A stretch of 64,000 nucleotides of DNA from Acidobacteriota bacterium (GCA_965205505.1 CBDBHB010000009.1:544001-608000); one strand, 5' to 3'. Shown: positions 1 through 9,924, counted from the first letter of the stretch. The notes: a model not told the origin generated them from the letters alone. Numbers and translations: made by a program.

Positions 1-916
1 GATGCGCTCCAGCCGCTTACACCAACGTGTACAAGCAATTCTCGACCCCGCCACCGGCAGAACCTCCCCGAACCGGAGAACCATCGTGTCCTTTGCATCT
101 GTGGCCCTTGCCTTGGTCATCCCGCTCGCTGCGCTACAGCCCATGCCACTCGAGGCCGGGGCATCGCCGCGAGCAGAAACGCCCACGATGGCCCCGGTCC
201 CGGCGACCCCGGTGCAGCAGCCGGATCCCACGCTCGAGCAGCTGATCAAGATGCGAATCCACGGCATCAGTCCGGGTTTCATCGAGGAGATGAGCGACGT
301 GTTCGGGCCCGGATTGGACATCGAGCAGCTCGTGAAGCTGCGTATTCATGGTGTCTCGGGAGAGTTTGCGCGCGACATGCGGAGTGCCTTCGGCGCCGAC
401 ATGCAGATGCAAGACTTGATCACCGCGCGCATTCACGGCGTTTCGGCGGAGTTCGCCGGAGGCATGTCGACGCTGCTTGGAGAAGCGCTCGATTTCGAGC
501 AGCTCAAGACAATGCGCATTCACGGAGTAAGTGCCGAGCTCGTCGACGAGATGAACGACGTGTTCGGCACCCAGCTCGATGTCGACGACCTCGTCAAGCT
601 GCGTATTCACGGCGTATCGGGCTCCTACGCGCGCGCTATGCGCAGCGCGTTCGGGGAGGACCTTCAGCTCGAACACCTCGTTGCAGCTCGCATTCACGGG
701 ATTTCCCCCGAATACGCCGCGGCCATGTCGTCGTCGCTCGCCGAGGACCTGTCGTTCGACACGCTCAAGCGCCTGCGGATTCATGGTGTCAGCACCGAGC
801 TGCTCCAGGAGCTACGCGACGCCGGTTACGACAACCTCACGGCCAAGGACCTCATCGATATCAGAACTCACGGCATGGAGCGCATCCTCCTCAAGCGCAA
901 CGGAGACCAGCAATGA
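1..916 (+). CDS. 5'-truncated membrane protein, probably the C-terminus of a BlaR1/M56-family peptidase, ending in 8 tandem 29-aa 'RIHGV' repeats
   Basis: 'RLHQRVQAILDP' resembles the end of an M56 domain. It is followed by a hydrophobic helix, a Pro-rich linker and repeats of LxxLxxxRIHG(V/I)S. The gene probably begins before the window. Confidence 0.7.
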   Translation, partial: MRSSRLHQRVQAILDPATGRTSPNRRTIVSFASVALALVIPLAALQPMPLEAGASPRAETPTMAPVPATPVQQPDPTLEQLIKMRIHGISPGFIEEMSDVFGPGLDIEQLVKLRIHGVSGEFARDMRSAFGADMQMQDLITARIHGVSAEFAGGMSTLLGEALDFEQLKTMRIHGVSAELVDEMNDVFGTQLDVDDLVKLRIHGVSGSYARAMRSAFGEDLQLEHLVAARIHGISPEYAAAMSSSLAEDLSFDTLKRLRIHGVSTELLQELRDAGYDNLTAKDLIDIRTHGMERILLKRNGDQQ

Positions 917-1587
917 TGGCGCAGCGCATGCTGCTGGGTGTTGGGGTCGTCGCCCTCACGACGGCCCTGGTCGTGCCCGGAGTCGCCCGGGCGCAGGAGA
1001 TCAGCGGTATCTGGGAGTCTCGTTCCTGGGGCGGCGATGGCGATGCTGACCGGGCTCCGCGGGTGCATTTGAACCTCAAGCTCGATCGCCAGCGGGACCA
1101 CGGCAGCTGGCAGATGGGCTTCGGTATCGAGGTCGCCGAGCTCAGCGGTGTTTCGCTGTCACAGCTTCGTGGCTCGGCGAGCGACGTCAGCTTCCGTCTG
1201 GTGCGCGAGGCGGGCGCAGTCTCGTTCGAGGGCGATATCCGCGACGGTCGCGGCACCGGCTTCTTCAGCTTCATCGCCGATGCGGCATACGTGCGCCGCA
1301 TGGCGGAGCTCGGATATGCGGGTCTGTCCGACGAGCGGCTGTTTCTCTTCGTCACCCAGGACGTCACCACCGAGTACGTCGTGGCGCTGCGCGCCCTCGG
1401 CTACGCCGATTTGCCGGAGGAGGATCTGGTGAAGTTCGCTATTCACGGCGTGTCCGCGGACTTCATCCGCGGCATGAACAGCCTCGGCTACACCGGCATT
1501 CCGGTCGAACAGCTGGTGACGCTGCGTATCCACGGCGTCGGCCCGGACTACGTGCGCCGCGTGCGCGAGGCACTCGGAGTGCGCTGA
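913..1587 (+). CDS. secreted protein with an N-terminal beta-rich domain and 3-4 RIHGV-type repeats
   Basis: Signal peptide ending ARA-Q; repeats FAIHGVSADF and LRIHGVGPDY; ATGA overlap with the upstream gene. Confidence 0.8.
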   Translation: MMAQRMLLGVGVVALTTALVVPGVARAQEISGIWESRSWGGDGDADRAPRVHLNLKLDRQRDHGSWQMGFGIEVAELSGVSLSQLRGSASDVSFRLVREAGAVSFEGDIRDGRGTGFFSFIADAAYVRRMAELGYAGLSDERLFLFVTQDVTTEYVVALRALGYADLPEEDLVKFAIHGVSADFIRGMNSLGYTGIPVEQLVTLRIHGVGPDYVRRVREALGVR

Positions 1588-1615
1588 TAGTCGTTGGACG
1601 ACTTTGAGTGGAGCT

Positions 1616-1761
1616 CGGCGGGGCAGACACGCACACCCCCCTTGTGCAACGAGCGGCGTCTGTAGTTGATGGGTGTTCGTGCTGGCGCGTCTTGGGCGTC
1701 GATAGTCGAGCGCCAGTGGTGGCGAGGTTGCCGGCGGGGGGTGTGCGTGTCTGCCCCGCCG
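1616..1761. repeat. REPIN/MITE-like element with a 26-bp perfect inverted repeat
   Basis: CGGCGGGGCAGACACGCACACCCCCC (1616-1641) is the exact reverse complement of 1736-1761. Confidence 0.8.
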
Positions 1762-2107
1762 CCGAGCTATCGAGGTGGTCAGACGGCAGCGTGCGCAACC
1801 GTTGCTCGGGTGAGGCGTTGACCCAGTCGATCGTGACGGCCTAGGTGGAGACGTAGCATCGAGGTCGCGGGGCTCGTTGAAATCCCGACCGCTGCGCGGT
1901 CGACTCGTTGTCGCTGACGACGGCGACGCCAGAAACTCGATGGTCGCATAGGGCGGTGGCGGTGTGGTACCCGCCGTAGACAGCCTCACCAAACCCCACG
2001 CCCGTCAACCTGCACCCAACACGTGCGAGCAGCAAACGCTCATCGAGCACCAAGCGGTGACGCTGTCCGAGGCGGGTGCCACACCGCCAGCGGCGTTAGC
2101 GGGTCGA

Positions 2108-2899
2108 TCAGGAAGCCCGGCGGAGTTTGATGTCTCCGTTCATCGTGGATAACGAGATCGAGCGCCCTCCGGAGCCGATCGTGCCGCTCGCCTTGTTGCG
2201 GATCCAGCCTGACTTCTCCAACGGCCAGTCAGACTCGACACTGCCGTTCATGGTCGAGGCGCTCACGTCGGCGTTCGCACCGACCGGCAGCACCACCTCG
2301 ATGGCCCCGTTCATCGACTTCAGCTCGAGATCTCCCGACCAGTCGGTCGAACCGATGCGTGCCCACACCTCGCCGTTCATCGTCGAGGCGCGCGCCCAGC
2401 CCGTCGTCCATACCTCGATGGCACCGTTCATCGTCAGCAACTCGACGTCACTGCGCAGGTTGTCGGCGCCGATGTGGCCATTCATCGTCTCGCCGACGAA
2501 CCGTACTCCGGCCGGGACGCGCACGGTGAAGGTCACCTTGGTCTTGTTCTTGTTGCTGCTCATGTGCCCCGAGTCGGGCTCGCAGTCGTTACTCGACCAC
2601 AGTCGCCCTGGATAGATCGAGCAGATGGTCATGCCATCGTCGTGCTCGACGACCTCGAAGGTAACCTCGTCTCGGTCATCGGCGGGCCCCTCCTTAACGG
2701 CCTTTACCTCGACGCGGTCGCCGTCGCTGTATTCGGCTATCAACGGGCCGTTGGCGTTCTTGATCTGCAGCGTCTTGCCTTGGGCGACACTGCCCGACCA
2801 GCTGAATTCGTCGTCGTTCTGGACGGCGGCCGGGCCCATGCCGGTCAACAGAACGGCGGCAAAGCCGGTCGCCAAGGCGAGTCGAAGGCGAGTGCTCAT
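2108..2899 (-). CDS. DUF4097-like beta-strand repeat secreted protein
   Basis: Signal peptide; repeated (S/T)MNG(x)(I/V) motifs; AAGGAG RBS upstream. Confidence 0.85.
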   Translation of the reverse strand: MSTRLRLALATGFAAVLLTGMGPAAVQNDDEFSWSGSVAQGKTLQIKNANGPLIAEYSDGDRVEVKAVKEGPADDRDEVTFEVVEHDDGMTICSIYPGRLWSSNDCEPDSGHMSSNKNKTKVTFTVRVPAGVRFVGETMNGHIGADNLRSDVELLTMNGAIEVWTTGWARASTMNGEVWARIGSTDWSGDLELKSMNGAIEVVLPVGANADVSASTMNGSVESDWPLEKSGWIRNKASGTIGSGGRSISLSTMNGDIKLRRAS

Positions 2900-2993
2900 C
2901 ACGGGGCGCTGCTCCTTACGAGGGGATTGCTGATCGTAGGACGTGGGGCCTCCACGGGTGGTCGGAGACTCTTGCTCTGCCCTTCTCTACGGT

Positions 2994-3021
2994 TGGACGC
3001 CACCCGAAGTTGCGCGGTTGC
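2994..3021 (-). promoter_or_regulatory. putative ECF sigma promoter GCAACC-N16-CGTCCA
   Basis: AAC/CGT bipartite motif typical of ECF promoters; matches the motif upstream of the ECF operon at 34269-34297. Confidence 0.5.
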
Positions 3022-3081
3022 CACATCAACGCGATAACGAGTGCGACGCCCACGACCAATTCGGGCTCTCGGGGTTCCGTC

Positions 3082-3501
3082 CTATGTCGCTCGAGCGCGG
3101 ATCTGATCGACGAAGAGATGGGCTTTCGACGTCGAGAACCTGCATTCGACTTTTCCCGACGCGTCGTCGTCGAACGCCGCTGCTTCAAACGCCACGAGTA
3201 GCCTGGCGTTGCCCTCGAGCTCGCAGCGGAGCTTCTCCAGCACTTCGGCTTTCAGTGGGATGTTGACGATCGGCTTGGAGAACGTGAACGCCGCGAAACG
3301 CTCTTGCGTGACCACCAGGGAGCCGACGAACCAGCTAGCCCGATAGAGGGAGCGTTTGCCGGGTGCACGAAAGTTCCGATAGGTAACCCAGCCGCTGACG
3401 CCCTCCTCCATCAACACCAGCCCCTCCTCACGCAGCACCGGCAGCAGGGCCGCCGGCACGCTGCCGATTCCGAACAGCCGGTGGAGGAAGCTCTTCGCCA
3501 C
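3082..3501 (-). CDS. hypothetical protein
   Basis: 139-aa ORF with normal composition, co-oriented with its neighbours. Confidence 0.7.
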   Translation of the reverse strand: MAKSFLHRLFGIGSVPAALLPVLREEGLVLMEEGVSGWVTYRNFRAPGKRSLYRASWFVGSLVVTQERFAAFTFSKPIVNIPLKAEVLEKLRCELEGNARLLVAFEAAAFDDDASGKVECRFSTSKAHLFVDQIRARAT

Positions 3502-3550
3502 TGCTCTGATCGCCTCGAGCGGTCAGGCTGGCAGGCCGGCCGCGGTTGAT

Positions 3551-3888
3551 CTATTGAATCTCACTCAAGAAGCCTCTGACCGCTTCGTGAAACGCACTGG
3601 GCTGCTCGATGAACTGGAAGTGCCCGGCTTCCGGGATCAGCGTGAGCCGTGATCCCGGCATGCTGTCGTGCAGTGCCTTTCCACCGAGCTCCACCGCCGG
3701 CTCGTCGGCCCCGTAAAGGATCAGCGTCGGTACCGACACCTCTGCGAGGCGCTCATGGAGGTCGAAGCTCGTCAGGTCCACCATCATTGCACCGAACTGC
3801 TCGCTGCGCAGCGAGTAGTCGTCGGGAACGTATAGGTCGAGCTCGGCGAGTCGTTCCGGATCGTGGAACTGCGGCCTGAACGACAGGC
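3551..3888 (-). pseudogene. 3' remnant of an alpha/beta hydrolase
   Basis: VPTLILYGADE...IPEAGHFQFIEQP is a hydrolase C-terminus. The frame stays open upstream (RLSFRPQFHDPERL) and then hits a stop; the nucleophile region is missing. Confidence 0.75.
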
Positions 3889-4051
3889 GTGCCCGGCGAC
3901 AGCTTCATGATCGGTGCTTCCTTCAAGGCCAAGAAGGTCGGCAGCGCCAGCGGCCTGCTAGCGGTCCTGAGAGGCGAAAGAGCTCGGCCGATAAGGTACC
4001 TCCGGTCATACGTCATTCCGCGCAGGAAGTAGTGGCGACCACCGGCGAAAG

Positions 4052-6861
4052 CTACTGCGACACGACCACGGCAGGTACGTCCGCGCTCTCTACCATGGCG
4101 TTGAACGCGTCCAGGTCGGTGTCGACGATCTCCTGCAGCTGGCTCATTAATGACGCCAGCTGAGGCTTGAGGTCCTCGAAGCGCTCGTGAGCGCCATCGG
4201 TGGGACGGTTGTCACCACCGCCGAAGCCACCGAGCGCGTAGCCGTAGACGTTGATGATCTGATTGTCGAGCATCGGCGGGAAGTTGAGCGGATCCTGGCT
4301 CGACCTGCTCTTGACCTGCGTGATCTGCTCTTCGATTGCCGTCAGCTTCTCGGCCATCGCTTTCTGGGCGGCGGTGATCTCCTCGTTGTCGATACCGGCC
4401 CGATCCATCTGGGCGACGACCTCTGCGCCCTGCTTCTTGATGTCGCGAAGCCTGCGTAGCCCGTCGTACATCTCGCCGATGGCGTCGCCGACGTCGCCGA
4501 GAAACTCGTGCTGCAGGCGCAGATCCTCGGCGGTCACACCCGGCTTCGGGTTGATGCCGACGACGATCTGTTGCTCTTGGCTCCAGTCGCCGCGCGACAG
4601 TTGAACGGTGTAGGTACCGGGCAAAACCGGCCGTCCGGGTGCGATGCCCCACAGGGTCACGTCGTCGGGCACATCCGGCGCCTCCTCGCGCAGGCGCCAG
4701 GTGAACGTGTTCAGCCCGGGCTCCGCGGTGAGCGTGGCGGGGCCACTGCCGAGCGGGGCGAAGAACCCACCCGCGCCCGACTGCTGTGCGTCATCCTCGC
4801 CCGGACTGCCCGTGACCTCCTCCAGGATCTCGCCGTCGGCGTCGAGAATGGTGAGGGTGACCTCGCCATCCGTCTCTTCGCTTTCCGTCTCTTCGGCGAG
4901 GTAGTAACGGATGCGGGTGGGACCGAAGTTGCCCACCCGGTAGGCTTTGCGCGGCGCGAACAGGTAGCTGCCCGATACCGCCATCGCCTCGTCGGCCTGA
5001 CGCAGCATGGTCATATCGTCGAGGACCCAGAACCCACGACCCTGCGTCGATACCACCAGATCGCCGCGATGAACTCGCAGGTCGGTGACCGGCGTCACCG
5101 GCAGGTTGAGCTACAGCTCTTGCCAGTGGGAGCCGTCGTCGAACGACGCGTACATGCCGTACTCGGTACCGGCGAAGAGCAGGCCTTGCTGTTCGGGGTC
5201 CTCGCGTACGGCGCGCACGAAGTTGGTGGCCGGTATGCCGTTGTCGCCCGCGGTCAGCAGGCGCCAGCTGTCGCCGTAGTCGCTGGTCTGGAAGATGTAC
5301 GGACGGAAGTCGCCCTCGCGGTAGCGGTAGACGGCGACGTGGGCCCGCCCCGGATCGTGGGCGGACAGATCGATGACGTTCACCGTGCCGCCGGGCGGCA
5401 TGTCGTCGGGAGTGATGTCGGTCCAGCTGCCACCGTTGTTGCGCGACAGGTGGATCTTGCCGTCGTCGGAGCCCGCCCACAGAAGCCCTGCAGTGTGGGG
5501 CGATTCCTCGAACGCGAAGATGGTGTTGTAAACCTCGACGCCGGTCGAGTCGTGGCTGATCGGGCCGCCGGCGTAGTCCTGAGTCTCGGGGTTGTCGGTG
5601 GTCAGGTCGGGGCTGATCACCTCCCAGCTCTGGCCGCCGTCGCCGGTGCGGTGAACTACCTGGGAGGTGTGGTAGACGACGTCGGGGTCGTGCGGCGAGA
5701 TACGGATGGGTGCGTTCCATTGGAAGCGATACTCGAGGTCACGCGGCGCCTGGCCCAGCTGCAGCTGTGGGTAGGCGAGGACCTGACGCGAGGAACCGGC
5801 ATCGCGATCGAGGCGTGAGATCGCCCCACCGTAGCAACCCGCGTAGACCACCGAGTTGTCGCGTGGGTCGATGGCGATATGGCCAGACTCACAGCCGCCG
5901 ACCGCAAACCAGTCCGGGAATACGCGGTTGCGACCAGTGAAGCTCGGTATCGAGATCGTGCTGTTGTCCTGCTGCGGGCCGTAGATGCGGTACGGCCAGT
6001 CGTCGTCGACGAAGACGCGGTAGATCTCCGCGGTAGGCTGGTTCATCTGTGACGACCACGACTCGCCGCCGTTGAACGATACGTTGGCGCCGCCGTCGTT
6101 GGCGTTGATCATGATCTGCGGCGAGCCCGGGTTGATCCAGAGGTCGTGGTTGTCGCCGTGCGGCACGTCGATCTGCTGGTCGAATCCAACCCCCCCGTCG
6201 ATCGATCGGTATAGGCCGGTGTTGAGAGCGTAGACGGTGTTCTCGTCCTTGGGATCGGCGTAGATGTGAGTGTAGTACCAGGGCCGCTGGCGGAGGTTGG
6301 CGGCGCTGTTGATGCGGCTCCAGCTGTCGCCGGCGTCGTCGGAGCGATACACGCCGCCACGCTCTCCCTCAGCCTCGATCAGTGCCCAGAGCCGGTCGGA
6401 GTTGGCAGCCGAAACGGTCACGTCGATCTTGCCGACCAGCCCGGTGGGGAGTCCGCCGTCGAGCTGGGTCCAGGTATCGCCACCATCGGTGCTCTTCCAG
6501 ATGCCGCCGTTGTCGTTGCCCGAGATCAGCGTCCAGGGCTTGCGCTCTACGCGCCAGGCGGCCGCATACAGGATGCGCGGGTTGTTGACGTCCATGGCGA
6601 CCTGGTTGAAGCCGGTGGCGTCGTCGATGTAGAGGACCTTGTCCCAGGTGTCGCCGCCGTCGATCGACCGCCACGCGCGAAGCCGGACGAACGGTACTCG
6701 AGGCCCTCGAACAACAGCGGGTCGACGGTAACGTTGGTCGCGTCCTCTTGCAGATCACGGCGGCTGCCCTGGGCGAGTGCGGCTGCGGTCGGCTGCGTGA
6801 TGACCGCCACGAGCAAGAGGATCGCGAACGAGACACCGGTGATGTGCCGATCAGGCTGCAT
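4052..6861 (-). pseudogene. VPS10/BNR (Asp-box) beta-propeller 'glycosyl hydrolase', disrupted
   Basis: Many SxDxGxTW Asp-boxes and a signal peptide starting at 6861. In-frame TAG at 5111-5113 (WQEL*LNLPVTP) and a frameshifting internal deletion at about 6654-6670. Confidence 0.85.
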
Positions 6862-7076
6862 GGGGTTCTCCTGCGATGATGACGGCCGGGTCCGGCTGGG
6901 AGAGCTGGCGCAGCGGCGGGGGCGCGGCCGCTCGTCGCCGACGCGCGGGCGCCAGGCGCTGGCCGCGCCAAGTGAACCGAGAAAGGCTGATGTGGTCAAG
7001 CCCGCGGCGCTGAGCACACTTGCGGCGCGTCGGTGGTTGAAGACCGCACCACTTTGGCAGGACCTGGCGCCGAGGC

Positions 7077-8441
7077 TCAGGCGCTCCTGCGGCCGTACCC
7101 TCCGAAGACCGCGATCAGCACGATCGACAGGAGCAACCACGAGTGCAGATTGGCCATGCCGACCTGCATGGCGCCCAGTCGGGGCATCCCGGTTGCTGAG
7201 CCGGAAGCCGTCAGCGAGGCGGCCAGAATTGTGGGAATGAACCACGGGAGCAGAAACGGATAAGTGCACACGGTGGTATCGAGCAGGTTGGCCCGGCATA
7301 TCGGCCCGACGCCGAGTTGCTCGCCGGTCTGACGTGCGAATCTTCCCACCGCGAGAATCGCCACGACGGAATGTGTGGTGAGCATGACGGCGCCGGATAC
7401 TGCTGCGAAGATCCAGGCCTCTGCGCCGCGCTCCGAACGCACCGATCGGCTCGTCGTACGCACCAGGCGATCGAGCAGACCGCTGGCTTCGATGCCGGCC
7501 ACCAGTCCCATCAACAGCAGCGTGAAGATCGAGATGCCGAGGGCACGCTCGATGCCCTCTACCACCAGCCCACCCGCCGCGAAGGCTCCAGGCTCGATTC
7601 GAAGCACGTCGCTTAGCTGGATCAACCCTCCGATCCAGCCCACCGCGAACGTTGCGGCGATCCCCGCCAGCAAGCCCTCCACCAGATGGTGCCGCCGTAG
7701 CAGCATGACGAACACGAGAGCCGGAGCGACGAGCAACACCAGCGGTGCGGTACTGCCGGTGGTCTCCGACGCAATCGGCAGGCTGTCGCCGCCGCCGAGT
7801 ACCGGGTAGCCGAGCAGCGCGATTCCGGCGGCGGGAAGGGCGTAGCGCAAGCGTGACCGCACCACCTCGCCGATCGGTGCTCCCTGTGTGGTGGCCGAGG
7901 CGATGGTCGTATCGGAGACGGGAGAGATGTTGTCGCCGAAGGTCGCACCGCCGATGATCGCGCCGGCGAGGATCACCGGGTCAGCGCCGAGCGCTGCTCC
8001 TGCCGGGTAGAGCACCGGAAGGCACAAGATCAGCGTCCCCAGGCTCGTGCCCGTCGAGGCGGAGAACAGGCAGCAGACGAGAAACGCTGCCGCCGCGTAG
8101 CCGCCGCCGTGCAGGCCACTGGCCTGCGCTGCCCCAGCGAGCGCGCCTACCAAGCCGCCCCCGGTAAGCAGTGCACCGAGGATTCCGGCGAGCATCCACG
8201 CCATCAGCATGAGCATGACGATCGGTTGGCTCATCCCGCGGAGCAACGTGTTGCAATACCGATCGCGGTCGCGCGCCAGCAGCAAAGCCACCAGGATGGA
8301 GGCAATCAGCACTGGCCACAGGCCGCGCTCATCCGGTGCTCCCGAGAGCCCCAGCCAGGTGACACCGGTGATGAACACGACGAACGGCGCCAGCGCTCCG
8401 GCACTGCCGCCGAAGAACCCGAGTGGAGGCGGTTCTTGCAT
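7077..8441 (-). CDS. NhaC-family Na+/H+ antiporter-like transporter
   Basis: Polytopic membrane protein; STGTSLGT and GATFGDNISPVSDTT motifs. Confidence 0.85.
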   Translation of the reverse strand: MQEPPPLGFFGGSAGALAPFVVFITGVTWLGLSGAPDERGLWPVLIASILVALLLARDRDRYCNTLLRGMSQPIVMLMLMAWMLAGILGALLTGGGLVGALAGAAQASGLHGGGYAAAAFLVCCLFSASTGTSLGTLILCLPVLYPAGAALGADPVILAGAIIGGATFGDNISPVSDTTIASATTQGAPIGEVVRSRLRYALPAAGIALLGYPVLGGGDSLPIASETTGSTAPLVLLVAPALVFVMLLRRHHLVEGLLAGIAATFAVGWIGGLIQLSDVLRIEPGAFAAGGLVVEGIERALGISIFTLLLMGLVAGIEASGLLDRLVRTTSRSVRSERGAEAWIFAAVSGAVMLTTHSVVAILAVGRFARQTGEQLGVGPICRANLLDTTVCTYPFLLPWFIPTILAASLTASGSATGMPRLGAMQVGMANLHSWLLLSIVLIAVFGGYGRRSA

Positions 8442-8522
8442 CTGCGCTCCCGGCAGCGTAACCAGAGCCTTCAGAGTTCCCGTGGCCTGCCAGAGACCAA
8501 CCTTACAGTGGGAGAGGTCAGC

Positions 8523-8867
8523 ATGAACGAACACGACGACGAGTTCACCCTGTACGACTTGCGTGTCGAGGTGGTCGCAGGCGATCGGGCGATGGTCTGT
8601 GCTCATCGGGAAGGCGACTACTTCGAGCTGCGCGGGGAGAGCCTGTCGTTTCCCGCGGGTCAGACGTTCCCGATCTATCCGTTGGCCGCTTTGTTGCCGT
8701 TGCTTCCAGCCAAGCAACGCGAGACGCACCCACACGACTGGATGACCACCGACATGGAGGTCGCCTGTCCGGATCCTCTTTGCGGCGGCCGCTTCCGAAT
8801 CACTCGCCAGGGTTGCACCACCTTCCGTCATCGGGACGTCACTGCCGTGCCGCTGTCCAACGAGTGA
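8523..8867 (+). CDS. TIGR04076-like small Cys-containing protein
   Basis: LYDLRVEVV...C-x-H..GDYFEL...CPDPLC; GGAGAGG RBS. Confidence 0.75.
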   Translation: MNEHDDEFTLYDLRVEVVAGDRAMVCAHREGDYFELRGESLSFPAGQTFPIYPLAALLPLLPAKQRETHPHDWMTTDMEVACPDPLCGGRFRITRQGCTTFRHRDVTAVPLSNE

Positions 8868-8874
8868 TGCCGGC

Positions 8875-9924
8875 GTGAGGAAGCCACAAATCGAGATCGC
8901 CCCCGGGTATGCGGTGCCGCCAATCATTATCGGGCTCTGGCAGCGTTCGGCCGGACATGCTCGGAGCGGCGTCGAGGATCGATCCCGGGTGCTTGCTGAT
9001 CTCGAGCGGTTCGTCGAGGCGGGACTGTGCACGTTCGATTGCGCCGACATCTACACCGGCGTGGAAGAGTTGCTGGGCGACCTTCGCAGAAGGTTGTCGA
9101 GCCGTGCCGCGCCGATCCGCGTGCATACGAAGTTCGTGCCCGACCGCGATGCCCTCGCAACGATCAATCGCGGCTACGTGGAGCGCGTCATCGATCGCTC
9201 ACTGCGCCGCCTCGGAGTCGAGTGCCTCGACATGGTGCAGTTCTACTGGTGGGACGACGACATTCCAGGGTGCCTCGAGACGGCCGGTTGGCTGTGCGAT
9301 TCTCAGCGCGCCGGAAAGATCGGCCTGATCGCGGCCACCAACCTGGATGTTGCCCACTTGAGCGAGCTCGCCTCAGCCGGCATCCACCTGGTGTGCAACC
9401 AGGTGCAGTACTCGGTGCTCGACCGCCGTCCAGAACACGCGATGGCCGACTACTGTGCTACGAACGGTGGGCATCTGCTTTGCTATGGCACCGTCGCAGG
9501 TGGGTTTCTGTCGAACCGCTGGCTGGGCATTCCAGATCCGGGCGCCCCGTGGACCAATCGGTCGCTCGAGAAGTACCGACTCATCATCGACGAGTTCGGC
9601 GGCTGGGAAGCTTTGCAGAAGCTGTTGCGGGTGCTTGCCGATATCGGCAAGCGTCACGAGGCAACGGTCGCCAACGTCGCGACGCGATGGGTTCTAGGGC
9701 GCCCAGAGGTCGCGGCAGCGATCGTCGGCGCGCGCAACGCCGACTACCTGGGCGAAATAGCGCGGACCCTCGAGCTCACGCTCGACGCCGAGGATTGCTC
9801 GCGAATCGAGGACGTACTGGTTCGGCACCGGGGTCCCGCCGGCGATGTGTTCTCGCTCGAGCGCGACTTCGAGGGCCCGCACGCGGCCATCATGCGCACC
9901 AATCTGAGCCACGAATCGGGTTGA
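8875..9924 (+). CDS. aldo/keto reductase
   Basis: FDCADIY, VHTK, SLRRLGVECLDMVQFYWW, NQVQYS motifs. Confidence 0.9.
   Translation: MRKPQIEIAPGYAVPPIIIGLWQRSAGHARSGVEDRSRVLADLERFVEAGLCTFDCADIYTGVEELLGDLRRRLSSRAAPIRVHTKFVPDRDALATINRGYVERVIDRSLRRLGVECLDMVQFYWWDDDIPGCLETAGWLCDSQRAGKIGLIAATNLDVAHLSELASAGIHLVCNQVQYSVLDRRPEHAMADYCATNGGHLLCYGTVAGGFLSNRWLGIPDPGAPWTNRSLEKYRLIIDEFGGWEALQKLLRVLADIGKRHEATVANVATRWVLGRPEVAAAIVGARNADYLGEIARTLELTLDAEDCSRIEDVLVRHRGPAGDVFSLERDFEGPHAAIMRTNLSHESG

Noticed and set aside
230-880. 87-nt periodic repeats as a CRISPR array
   Set aside because: The repeats are in-frame, degenerate at synonymous positions and have no unique spacers; no cas genes are present.
1780-2100. 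Short ORFs between the hairpin element and the DUF4097 gene
   Set aside because: No recognisable motif, RBS or consistent frame; may be decayed sequence but cannot be supported.
3951-3961. CGGCCTGCTAG identical to the MITE end
   Set aside because: Only 11 bp match, there is no partner end, and it lies within a coding-like frame.
7077-9050. 657-aa version of the NhaC ORF and other long N-terminal extensions in the ORF track
   Set aside because: The extensions overlap real genes on the opposite or same strand; they are high-GC shadow frames, so starts were trimmed.
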